NCBI GenBank assembly: GCA_963826715.1
Contig: CAWGYA010000002.1
Span: 448,001-512,000, forward strand
Origin: Candidatus Bathyarchaeota archaeon
GTDB lineage: Archaea; Thermoproteota; Bathyarchaeia; Bathyarchaeales; Bathycorpusculaceae
Length of the DNA: 64,000 bases
Direction: 5' to 3'
Numbering within the stretch: position 1 is the stretch's first letter; each line of letters starts with the position of its first letter. The notes under the pieces are model-generated. The model searched no databases. It saw nothing but the letters and a program-made list of their open reading frames with translations, and was not told where the DNA came from. Shown piece after piece: positions 1 to 8,989 of the stretch. Position numbers and translations under genes: made by a program.

Positions 1-58
1 AAACTCTTCTAAAAAAGGTTATAAGAAGCGCCTGCTTTTTTTGTAAGGAGGAAATTTT

Positions 59-340
59 GTGGTTGAAATTACAAGGTTATTTTGGAAACGAGTTTATACT
101 TCTGACGCAGTGATGTTGGGAGAACTAGAAAGCGCAGACGTAGACATGGAAACCTGGCAAGTTAAAAACTTCTTTATAGCACTAAGCGACGAAGCTATCC
201 AAGCTCTAGGTTTTAGGCATCCGTACCTTGGCAAAGTAATAGTTTGTCTTCCTGTCTCAGAAGTTAAAACAATCAAGGATACCGCCATCTTAAACAAGAC
301 CCTTGAAGAGTTAGGCAACATTCGCGTGTGCAAAGAATAG
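59..340 (+). CDS. PRC-barrel domain protein
   Basis: 93 aa; KRVYTSDAVMLGELESADVDMETWQV...LPVSEVKTIKDTAIL fits the PRC-barrel pattern; AGGAGG SD upstream. Confidence 0.7.
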   Translation: MVEITRLFWKRVYTSDAVMLGELESADVDMETWQVKNFFIALSDEAIQALGFRHPYLGKVIVCLPVSEVKTIKDTAILNKTLEELGNIRVCKE

Positions 341-706
341 TAATTTGATAAAAACCTGGAGGGGTTCTTGGGTACCTGTAGGGTTTTCAATTTAAGTCGA
401 AACTCCGTCTTCGCTGAAAACTCAACTGACCCTCAATCTATTGTTTTCAACATCATCGTACCTACGGCGATCTCGCATCGATCCCGGATCTCCTATCAGT
501 GGGTAACACCGCACTTGAAGAATAATAAGCGCAATTAAACAATTTAAGACCATCCGAATTATTATTGTAGCTCTTGGAGTTATGTTGATAATCAGTATCA
601 TAATGACCATTATCAGAGGAATTGACAAAAGCAAGAAGTAACAACTTGGCGGGAAAGAAAAACGAATACTAGAAAAGTCACAAATGCTTTATTAATTTGG
701 ATATTT

Positions 707-1414
707 TTGTCAGTTTTCCTATTATTTAGCGGTTTATTTATTGATCAAGGTCAAGCCGCCATCGTTTTCAGCTCAACCGATCAATATACAGTTCCAAACC
801 AAAATAGCACGATCCGCTTCATCTCAAACGGATCGTTTTCATCAGCCACTATCGAGGAAGAGACCTGGACATTTAGAGACTTAAACCTCAACAATTCTTC
901 AGCAACATTTTTGGGGTTAGAAACCGTGTCAAAACCACAAACACTCAAGTTCTCCGCGAAAAACTCCAACGTCTCAATAATTGCTTTTCAAACTTTCAAT
1001 TATTCCGCACCGATCACTATTTTGAGTTACTTGTCAGAAGGAGAAGGGACCCAAACTGCTAATTTGGGCTTAAACGTAACCCGATCCACTGACAGCAGCG
1101 AATGGAGCATAATTGTCGAAGACAATATTTTTTTAGGTGAAGGACAAGGTTGGAGTCTTCTGCCAGACAATACAGTTGTTATCTCGAAAGCAGCGCATAA
1201 CATAACGATAGTGCATTTCAACTTTAGAACTGCCTCAACAGAAAACGTTGGTTTTCTACTTCAGCATTATGTGATCTTCTTTACAAGCATTGTTTTAGCA
1301 AGTACGATCGGGTTGGCTATTATAGTAAAATTTCGCAGACAACGACTGTTAAAAAAGATTATTTTAGAAACTCAAATAAGCAATCAGGATCAAGATAGAG
1401 TTGATATTTGTTGA
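707..1414 (+). CDS. Secreted/membrane-anchored hypothetical protein
   Basis: N-terminal hydrophobic segment, S/T/N-rich body, C-terminal TM helix followed by KFRRQR. Confidence 0.65.
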   Translation: MSVFLLFSGLFIDQGQAAIVFSSTDQYTVPNQNSTIRFISNGSFSSATIEEETWTFRDLNLNNSSATFLGLETVSKPQTLKFSAKNSNVSIIAFQTFNYSAPITILSYLSEGEGTQTANLGLNVTRSTDSSEWSIIVEDNIFLGEGQGWSLLPDNTVVISKAAHNITIVHFNFRTASTENVGFLLQHYVIFFTSIVLASTIGLAIIVKFRRQRLLKKIILETQISNQDQDRVDIC

Positions 1415-1728
1415 TTAAAGAACTCGAAAAAATAAAAACCCAGCAGATTCTCAAAGAAAGCTTGGGCTGGAATAGTATAGAATGTGCCCAGCAGGGTTTT
1501 TGGCTAAATAAATATACCTTCATCAAGGCCGACTACGTTAAGGTTGTGAGAGTAGATAGACAGATGCTTGACGGCGAAGTGGATACCGGACCCCTACCCA
1601 TGTTGGTCTTGGAAAATGTAGTTGAGATGATGGTTGACTCGGCACATAAAATTCTCGCGGTTGAAGTTAGCGAAAAAATGGGGCTGTGGCTAGATGCCTT
1701 AGGAAAAATCCTAAAAACCAACACTTAA
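1408..1728 (+). CDS. Hypothetical protein
   Basis: 106-aa ORF overlapping the previous stop; no motif. Confidence 0.3.
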   Translation: MLIKELEKIKTQQILKESLGWNSIECAQQGFWLNKYTFIKADYVKVVRVDRQMLDGEVDTGPLPMLVLENVVEMMVDSAHKILAVEVSEKMGLWLDALGKILKTNT

Positions 1729-2168
1729 ACTCATCTAACATACAAAAAAGTAACACCGCTAAGTAAACAAACCCTTGTCTCAAGGGTAGTTTCAAACAGA
1801 TCTGCGCAACTGCACTGAAGTTATTTTTGTGGTTGTTGAAGGAAATGTTACAAAAAATCATGAAGCTCAGAGGTGGGGATGGACTTTTGAGTTGAAGTAC
1901 AATTCTCTACCTTGCTTAGATTTCAAGGAAGTGGTTTGCATGCATATTACCGATCCACCAGTAGCTCAACGGCTTATAAAAATGAGTATCACTCAACGAT
2001 AGGAGATGGAATTGAACCCACATACTTTTGGAGACATCATCCCACTAAACTATTTGGCAGTACACTGATAAATTAGATAAACAAATTTTAAACATCTGTC
2101 TCTAAAATAAAAGACTACACTTTCAAGCACGCAGTCACCACTTTTTTATAAATAACGCATCAAGGTAA

Positions 2169-2411
2169 TTACTCGCTCCGTATGAACGCGAACCCGCTGA
2201 AAAGTGTACCAAATCCTGAAATTAGGAAAATAATGCTTGTAGCAAGAAGAACTGTTACAAAGTCGCCATAAAAAAATCCAAGATTTAGAATTACCGCGCC
2301 AGCTAAAGAATGACTAGGAATGTAGTATGCGAAAAGTATTTCCAAAACAAGAAAAATCGAACCTAAAAATAGAAAGGTGTAACCGATTCGTTTGATAAGT
2401 CTTGGAGACAT
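2169..2411 (-). CDS. Small two-TM membrane protein
   Basis: 80 aa, ATG start, two hydrophobic helices. Confidence 0.55.
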   Translation of the reverse strand: MSPRLIKRIGYTFLFLGSIFLVLEILFAYYIPSHSLAGAVILNLGFFYGDFVTVLLATSIIFLISGFGTLFSGFAFIRSE

Positions 2412-2615
2412 TGTTCTATCAGTTCAATTCTTTGTTTCGTTTTGGAATATAACGTTTGTGCCTTTTTGTTATCACCGGCAAAACCTCTTTTTTTATTTAC
2501 TTTGATAGGTGGTTTTTCAATGTCTTTTATAATGCAACAGACCTAAAATTAAACACGTTATCACTGGAACGCAAATGATAAACCAAAAAACGGTATAAAT
2601 TATAGTTTAGGAATG

Positions 2616-2630
2616 GTAGCCCGGGAGAGA
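2616..2630. repeat. att site (distal copy of tRNA-Gln 3' end)
   Basis: 15/15 match to 39905-39919; on the minus strand it continues ...GGGCTACCA. Confidence 0.9.
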
Positions 2631-2790
2631 CGGGCGCCCAAGCATGAATCTATACGAAATTCGGCCTCGGGCATATAGCTCTTTTTCCCCTTTTTTATTT
2701 TTTTCAATTAATTTTGAGAGTAATCTAAATCAAATTTCTACCAGAGCATTGAAATTCGCTATTTTTGTCTTGGGAGGCTGAAATGGCGTT

Positions 2791-3333
2791 TTGGTAGAGT
2801 ACCAATCAGTTTCCCAAGTTCCGCCTAAGAATCTTATTTGTAATTTTCGTGCCCCTAACTTGGAGGAGTTTCAGCGCTGGAAGGTTTACGTTCAGTGGGC
2901 AAAAGACAATGGAATGGATGTATGTCACCTGACGCTAAGTTTAACTGATTCTTTTATGAAGGGCATAGAGGGAGCGGCTGAGGTCCGAAATGGAAAACAG
3001 GTCGTTAACATTCAGCAGAATAATGTTTTCCAGTATCAGGTTTCTAAGCCTCGCCGAGAACCGTACGACTTGAGTTGTGTAAAGAAGGAGTATCAGAAAA
3101 CAATCAGTAGTGTTCTTTTTGAGGCCTACGTTCTAAACAAGGCCAGAGACTTAACGAGGGAATTTAGCTACAGGGACTTTTTGGAGATTAAACATGACGC
3201 CTTTCGCAGAATCGTACTGCGGTTGAGGCGAAAAGGCAAGATAGTTGCTAATCCGCAACGCACGCTTCCAAGATTCTATTTTTTGGCAGAACGAGTCAGC
3301 GAATACCCACCGGATAATGGAACAATACAGTAA
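2791..3333 (+). CDS. Hypothetical protein with probable C-terminal winged helix
   Basis: 180 aa; FSYRDF...HDAFRRIVLRLRRKGKIV wHTH-like; first gene inside the att site. Confidence 0.6.
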   Translation: MVEYQSVSQVPPKNLICNFRAPNLEEFQRWKVYVQWAKDNGMDVCHLTLSLTDSFMKGIEGAAEVRNGKQVVNIQQNNVFQYQVSKPRREPYDLSCVKKEYQKTISSVLFEAYVLNKARDLTREFSYRDFLEIKHDAFRRIVLRLRRKGKIVANPQRTLPRFYFLAERVSEYPPDNGTIQ

Positions 3334-3494
3334 AACAAATGTTTACGCAAGTTAGTACTAACTATTTCTTCTTAAAATTGTGAAAATTAGTTTATTATCT
3401 TCTCCTTGCAATTTTGTCGACTTTGAAATTCTCGTGTGTTATTTGAATAAAAACTAATAACCTAGCTAGAGTCTAAGTTAAGTTCAGGTGCCAA

Positions 3495-4163
3495 CTGCTG
3501 ACTGACAGAAAAGCGAGAACTGTTCTATGTTTAGGCCCTCGTCATAGCGGTAAATCAGTGTTCAGTTATATCTTATTTAAATCCCTTCTCGAGTTGGGAA
3601 ATGATGCCTGTGTAATGGATGGTGACTATTATGCACCAACCTATAGGCGCATACGCATAGAGGAGTTTGCAAGTCCTGATGAATACATTCGAATCTTTAC
3701 GACACCAAACGCTGTCAAACTTACAAAAATAACGGAAGATAATTTTCGAAGAGGTGTACAGAGCACCCATGACTTGATAGAATATGAAGGAACTATAGTT
3801 CTTGACGGAATAGGCAAGCATTCAGGTAGCACTGAGGCTTTGATAGAACTTGCAGATATTTTGATAGTATTGTGTTCAGACCGATTTGATGTTTCTACTG
3901 AGGCTGAGGCTTGCTCTTTCATTAAAAATAAAGTAGCTCTTCACCCCTTTGATTTCTACAATGGAAGGAAAAAGAAATGCATCTCAATTGAAACACATTA
4001 CCAGAATAAGAAAGTAGCAAGTTTCAATTCTGACAGCTTAACTGCCCAACTATTTGATCTGGAAATATCTTCCGTAAAGAAAGGTAACATTGATTTAATC
4101 CCAATTGAGACTAGAAAGACAATTCAAGAGATTGCAGAATTTATCTTAGCGAATTGGATATAG
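3495..4163 (+). CDS. P-loop NTPase/kinase-like protein (N-terminus extended beyond the ORF track)
   Basis: Frame is open upstream of 3558 and encodes VLCLGPRHSGKS (Walker A); CTG at 3495/3498 follows an AGGTG SD; VMDGD and IVLDGIG motifs. Confidence 0.65.
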   Translation: MLTDRKARTVLCLGPRHSGKSVFSYILFKSLLELGNDACVMDGDYYAPTYRRIRIEEFASPDEYIRIFTTPNAVKLTKITEDNFRRGVQSTHDLIEYEGTIVLDGIGKHSGSTEALIELADILIVLCSDRFDVSTEAEACSFIKNKVALHPFDFYNGRKKKCISIETHYQNKKVASFNSDSLTAQLFDLEISSVKKGNIDLIPIETRKTIQEIAEFILANWI

Positions 4164-4167
4164 ACTT

Positions 4168-5271
4168 TTACTCTACTATCTCGTATTTTGTGCCAGTTTC
4201 TCTTAGTGTTCCAACTACGATTTCAACAGCATTGCGAGGCATAGTTATAAAATCATTTTTTAATTCAATCCCCGGATAATGGTCCTTAATTCCCCTGTAA
4301 AATCTACCTCCAGGTCCTCGACCTCCGATAAGTCTTCTTATCAAAGTTTTTCTAACGAAAAAGCTTGGATTCCCTATAATTTTTATTCTAATATTCTTTT
4401 GGGAAAGCTGACCTACAACTGCTCCCATTTCGACGTCTTCCATATTTTTGGTGAAGATCGCTTCTCGATTCCCTAGCTTTATTCGCGCATTCGGTTTTAC
4501 TTTATATCCATGAAAAACGTGTCCAGCAAACGTAGGTGAATCGGTAAGGACGACAGATCCTTTCTCTCCTTTAACGCTTACAGGCAATTTTCTGAAAAGT
4601 ACTGAATGCATAAATGCTGTTTGAAGAACTTCAGTTTCTGGTTGATTATCAGCAAGAACAATAACTTCAAAGTTGTCGTTTCTTATGTGTTTAGTAAATT
4701 GTGCCTCGGGTTTCGACTTACCTATTTTTTCAAAGAATGTTTCATCATCATTAGCTATCTTTGATACCAAAGAGGCAGGTTCATTTTCCATCGTTTTTAT
4801 TAAACCTTTCAAAATTTGGATAGTTTTCGGGTCTGTGGGTGCAGTCTCTTCCTCAAATGAGGCTATCTTGTTTATTTCAATCCATCGCTTTTCCACTTTT
4901 CCGTTATAGTCTCCTGGGAAGCATTTGTAGATGCTTCTTTGAGGCATTGTAATTACTCCTTTTTCTGATAATATCTTCTTAGTTTCTGGAGTAAATACAA
5001 CAGTTTCACTTGGAACGTAAATAATTGAGTAATCGTAAGGTTCCATAGTTATCGATTTTAATGTCTCATCAGAGGAAACGGGGAAGTTCAAAATAATTAA
5101 TGAGTGATCTTCATCGGCGTATTTTTGAGGCTCTTTCCAAAACTGCTCCTTCTCATCTTCATCGATCAGACATATTTTCGAAGACTCGCCTTTTTCAGCA
5201 TAGTATCTCACTGTCAATCCTGCATTTATCAAATCTGTTAACGAATTCTTCGGAAGGACTATCGATACCAA
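4168..5271 (-). CDS. Hypothetical protein, possibly a degenerate DHH-like fold
   Basis: 367-aa ORF; weak resemblance by eye, catalytic DHH absent. Confidence 0.55.
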   Translation of the reverse strand: MVSIVLPKNSLTDLINAGLTVRYYAEKGESSKICLIDEDEKEQFWKEPQKYADEDHSLIILNFPVSSDETLKSITMEPYDYSIIYVPSETVVFTPETKKILSEKGVITMPQRSIYKCFPGDYNGKVEKRWIEINKIASFEEETAPTDPKTIQILKGLIKTMENEPASLVSKIANDDETFFEKIGKSKPEAQFTKHIRNDNFEVIVLADNQPETEVLQTAFMHSVLFRKLPVSVKGEKGSVVLTDSPTFAGHVFHGYKVKPNARIKLGNREAIFTKNMEDVEMGAVVGQLSQKNIRIKIIGNPSFFVRKTLIRRLIGGRGPGGRFYRGIKDHYPGIELKNDFITMPRNAVEIVVGTLRETGTKYEIVE

Positions 5272-5310
5272 ATTTTAACCTCGACTTTATAATTATGCGA
5301 TAAAACTTAT

Positions 5311-5338
5311 AAATGTAGTCTTTTTTAGGACTACATTT
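5311..5338. promoter_or_regulatory. Inverted repeat (operator-like) in divergent promoter region
   Basis: AAATGTAGTC-N8-GACTACATTT, perfect 10 bp, overlapping TTATAAA. Confidence 0.55.
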
Positions 5339-5378
5339 TAAGAAAGGTGCCTTCTCTTGGTTGGCTGTCAATCTACCG

Positions 5379-5416
5379 CCACTACGTTTATAGACGATAG
5401 TCTATAGACGTAGTGG
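5379..5416. promoter_or_regulatory. 17-bp inverted repeat immediately upstream of the 5424 gene
   Basis: CCACTACGTTTATAGAC-GATA-GTCTATAGACGTAGTGG, 16/17 match. Confidence 0.6.
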
Positions 5417-5423
5417 ATACAGG

Positions 5424-6833
5424 TTGACAATGAGAATGACGTCTGAACCTATTTTAGGCATTCTTACTGATTGCCCGATGTCAACGTTTCAAATATGCGA
5501 AAGATTGTGGCAGAGCCACAAAATTGGAAAAGGCGCTACCTCCAAGCGGTTAGAACGATTGTGCAAAGCAGGCAAGGTTGGCAGATATTTGAGAATAAAA
5601 AATGGCGCTTATATCTATTATATTCCTAGTCTTCATTCGGCTGACCTTCTAAAACAAGTCTCTCTACGTACTGTATTAGAATCCAGTGGAACGTTGTCAA
5701 GACTTGTTCAGATTTTACATTCTGGTCGAATTCTTTCAGTTTTAGAACTCGGTAGAATTAGTAACCTCAAGTTTTACGAGAATGGCAAAATGAACCCTAA
5801 AATTGATGAGTTAATTAACAAGCTAGAAAAGCTTGGGATTGAGCGCCTTGGTACAAACCTATTACTTCCTGCACTACAGCCATCAGAAATCATCTCCTTA
5901 CAAACTCGTTACGCGGCTTCCATAGATCAAGAAGCTTATCTCCTATCTTATGCTAGAAGACTATTCTTGTCCACCGGAAAGGCCGAAGAGATGACCTTGT
6001 ACCGACAGCCTTCGGCAGATTCGCTGGCCAATAACAAGTTTGATTTATTCGGGCATGGGGGTAGAAGAAATAGGATCCGTCTCGTTGTGGAATGTAACTT
6101 GAGAAGAGAAATAACTCCAGCAGATTTAGAAAGTTTTTGCCAAAGAATTGGAGGAACAATAAAAAGGTCTAAGATGCGAAAGAAATTGACCGACCGTTCA
6201 CCAATCGCTCGGTACTATATTGGCAGCGCGTTTTCCGAAAAAGCTAAAGTTTTTGCTAAGCAAAAGAACAAAGGTATACGTCTGTTAAGTGCAGGTTCGA
6301 TTCCAAGAGGGATAATCGATGAGATTAGCCCTTACACAATGGCTTCAACTAGTCGACCTTCGTATTATGGGCGTTTTAAGGAGTTAAAAGGTCTTGCTTT
6401 TGAGGCTGAAATTGAACCAGTTTACCAATTTAGAGGCTTCAAAACAAAACGACGAAAAAAATATTATTTGCTTGGAAATGACGTAAGTGAAGTAGATACC
6501 GGAAAATCACTAACAGATGTCGATTTGTATGCTGAGAGAGGTAACGGTATCCGGGAAATAATATTAATAGAATGTAAAGCCTCTGCTGAGACTTTGACAA
6601 GGAGAAAGTTGTTCCAAAAAAATAGGAAATATCAGCTTATAGCAACCTACATCCAGAAGCAAGACCCTGCATCCAAAATAAAGATTGAGATAATTGCAAA
6701 CGTCAATAGAATTGACCAGGAGGAGCTTTTTAGTAAGTCCAAATACGAGATTGAATTCATTAGCCCAAGTCAATTCTACATGAATAATCCTACTGCTCTG
6801 AAGGGATCTTCTAAATGGATATTCTGCGGTTGA
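5424..6833 (+). CDS. wHTH plus tandem PD-(D/E)xK (Mrr-like) nuclease protein
   Basis: N-terminal wHTH; FDLFG...VVECNL and FE...DVDLYA...LIECKAS motifs. Confidence 0.7.
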   Translation: MTMRMTSEPILGILTDCPMSTFQICERLWQSHKIGKGATSKRLERLCKAGKVGRYLRIKNGAYIYYIPSLHSADLLKQVSLRTVLESSGTLSRLVQILHSGRILSVLELGRISNLKFYENGKMNPKIDELINKLEKLGIERLGTNLLLPALQPSEIISLQTRYAASIDQEAYLLSYARRLFLSTGKAEEMTLYRQPSADSLANNKFDLFGHGGRRNRIRLVVECNLRREITPADLESFCQRIGGTIKRSKMRKKLTDRSPIARYYIGSAFSEKAKVFAKQKNKGIRLLSAGSIPRGIIDEISPYTMASTSRPSYYGRFKELKGLAFEAEIEPVYQFRGFKTKRRKKYYLLGNDVSEVDTGKSLTDVDLYAERGNGIREIILIECKASAETLTRRKLFQKNRKYQLIATYIQKQDPASKIKIEIIANVNRIDQEELFSKSKYEIEFISPSQFYMNNPTALKGSSKWIFCG

Positions 6834-7016
6834 TGATTCTTTATCATATTCAGATATAGTTGAAGCAACCTATGAAAAATTGCTATAGCGGGTAGGTAAA
6901 TGTGAAAAACATGTATTTTCCAAAATTCTTTATTTTACAAAAAAGATTTTTGGGGGATAATCTTTTAGGTTCTCAGTACGATCCTTTGAAACGGTAACAT
7001 TCAGGGGTTATTTGCG

Positions 7017-7985
7017 TTGAAGATCTTGTATTCGTCTGAGGATGTTCGAAATGCTATAATTGATCTGTTTAGTAATTTGCAGAAAAGGCGAGTGGCTATA
7101 GCCGCTTTTGTTGGAGACGGTGCCGAAGCATATCTCCCTAATCCGTCTGGTTTAGAGCTTTACTGTTGGCCCAAGCCAGGTAGTACAGACCCAGATACTT
7201 TGGTCGATCTTATAGAACGTGGTGCTACGGTCTATTTTGTTAACGACCTACATATGAAAGTATATTACTGTGAAAGCGTTGGAGCAGTCGTAACATCAGC
7301 GAACTTATCCACCAATGCTCTTGGTTTTGGAAACCTCTTGGAAGCAGGCGTGTTACTTTCTGCAGAAGAACTATCAATCGATGAGCTGCTTCATGACTTC
7401 AAAGCTAGACTTGCAACCCCCGAGGAAATCCATAAACTTGAGAAGCAACATAAGGATTTCAAATCCAAGTCTCCAGGACAATACATGGCTCCAAGCAAAT
7501 CCCGATCTTTTGACGAATGGTATGAGTCAGAATATTCAAAACCCTGGAAGCTGGCTGTAATAGGCGGAACCGTTAGGTTGGCGTCCGAAGCAAGACAGAT
7601 AGCCGTAAACGAATATGGAAGAAAAAATCCACATAATTGGATCTCAAGTGACATTGGTGATTACAACAAACATGATTGGATTTTGACCTTTAAACTTGAC
7701 AAAGATTCACCGACAGAATTAGGATGGCTTTCAGTCGATTATTTTGCAAAAGTATCGCCTAAGAGATATGATGGCAACCCTTGCCAATTTGTCCAGGTTT
7801 GGCCGTTGGACCGTTATACTCAGCCTCCGTTTAAGCTTGATAGGATTTTCAGAAAACATCTAAAGGAGGGCATTATTCAATATGGACGCTCAAAACTGGA
7901 AAATAAGAGAGCCCCGCCTAAGAAACTCGTGGAACAAATATACATACAATTTAAAAAAGCTAACAACTGCATAATAACAGACTAG
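7017..7985 (+). CDS. PLD-family nuclease (restriction endonuclease-like)
   Basis: LHMKVYY...VVTSANLSTNAL...EAG HKD-type motif. Confidence 0.75.
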   Translation: MKILYSSEDVRNAIIDLFSNLQKRRVAIAAFVGDGAEAYLPNPSGLELYCWPKPGSTDPDTLVDLIERGATVYFVNDLHMKVYYCESVGAVVTSANLSTNALGFGNLLEAGVLLSAEELSIDELLHDFKARLATPEEIHKLEKQHKDFKSKSPGQYMAPSKSRSFDEWYESEYSKPWKLAVIGGTVRLASEARQIAVNEYGRKNPHNWISSDIGDYNKHDWILTFKLDKDSPTELGWLSVDYFAKVSPKRYDGNPCQFVQVWPLDRYTQPPFKLDRIFRKHLKEGIIQYGRSKLENKRAPPKKLVEQIYIQFKKANNCIITD

Positions 7986-8056
7986 CAGTTAACCTTGGCA
8001 TTGCGCGCGCAGACTCAACAACAAAATCTAAACAGTCTACCTAATTCCGGGAAAGG

Positions 8057-8989
8057 TTAGCACGCACACAAATCCCGAAATTCAGCTAAAGTACGCATGC
8101 ACTTAGCGTGTAATCCGTAGCCGGCAAAACTGGCGACATAGAATCTGAGATCAAACAACTCTGACTTTTCGTATTTGCCGATTTCAGGGTCACTGAGTAT
8201 CTTTTTTAGTTTTGGGCTACGCGGATTATGATTGGCAAGAATAAAGATCACTTCAGGCTTATTTTCAGGGTTAAGCTTTACCTTGGCATTACTCGTTCCC
8301 TTGTTGAAGCTTAGCAATCCGAGTTCATCTAGCTGATTGAATTGGCACTCCATAGTCTGTAAAAGATTGGCGTATTGCTTCTTGTCAGAGATGAACGCGT
8401 CCATATCTTTTAGATGCTTGAGCAATCCAGCGTCACCTCCAAGAGCGCCATCACCATATTTCATCTCAATCAAGGCTGCTCTGCATCTTTTTCCGGTTTT
8501 TCGGTCTTTCGCAAGCCAACGGATAGCGATAATATCAAATCGGGTAAGATGAGGTACAGTGACTTCGATATCGGACACGAAGTATTCGCTTTCATTTGAG
8601 ATTGAAGAATTATTGTTTTCCCTAGCCACCAGCTGTTGAAATTCCCGCTCCGTCGTCTTGCTTCCACTTGCGAAGTATTCGTCCATGATAGTTTTCCGTT
8701 CTGGGAGACAATCAATTAATTTCTGTGCATCAGCTTGATTAATGATATCTTTTTCTGGATTTGAGACACTTTGTCCTGATTTAGCGAAATTGACATCGAA
8801 GAAAGTTTGGTAGAAGTCGTCTCGTTCGGTGATTCTGAGGATGTTTCCGCCACGATAGTAGATGTTAATGTATCCTTCTCGAATGGCAAGCATGAGAGTA
8901 TGGTCTTTTTTTACTCGTTCAAGTATAGGATGAAGCTTACCTTCTTGTTTCAACAAATCGTTCATGAATTTTTCAGATAGTCCTCTCAT
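8057..8989 (-). CDS. PD-(D/E)xK nuclease-like protein
   Basis: EREFQQ...DIE...RFDIIAI...LIEMKYG; directly abuts the MBL gene. Confidence 0.7.
   Translation of the reverse strand: MRGLSEKFMNDLLKQEGKLHPILERVKKDHTLMLAIREGYINIYYRGGNILRITERDDFYQTFFDVNFAKSGQSVSNPEKDIINQADAQKLIDCLPERKTIMDEYFASGSKTTEREFQQLVARENNNSSISNESEYFVSDIEVTVPHLTRFDIIAIRWLAKDRKTGKRCRAALIEMKYGDGALGGDAGLLKHLKDMDAFISDKKQYANLLQTMECQFNQLDELGLLSFNKGTSNAKVKLNPENKPEVIFILANHNPRSPKLKKILSDPEIGKYEKSELFDLRFYVASFAGYGLHAKCMRTLAEFRDLCAC

Noticed and set aside
422-644. Two short overlapping minus-strand ORFs
   Set aside because: Cannot tell which, if either, is real; no motif support
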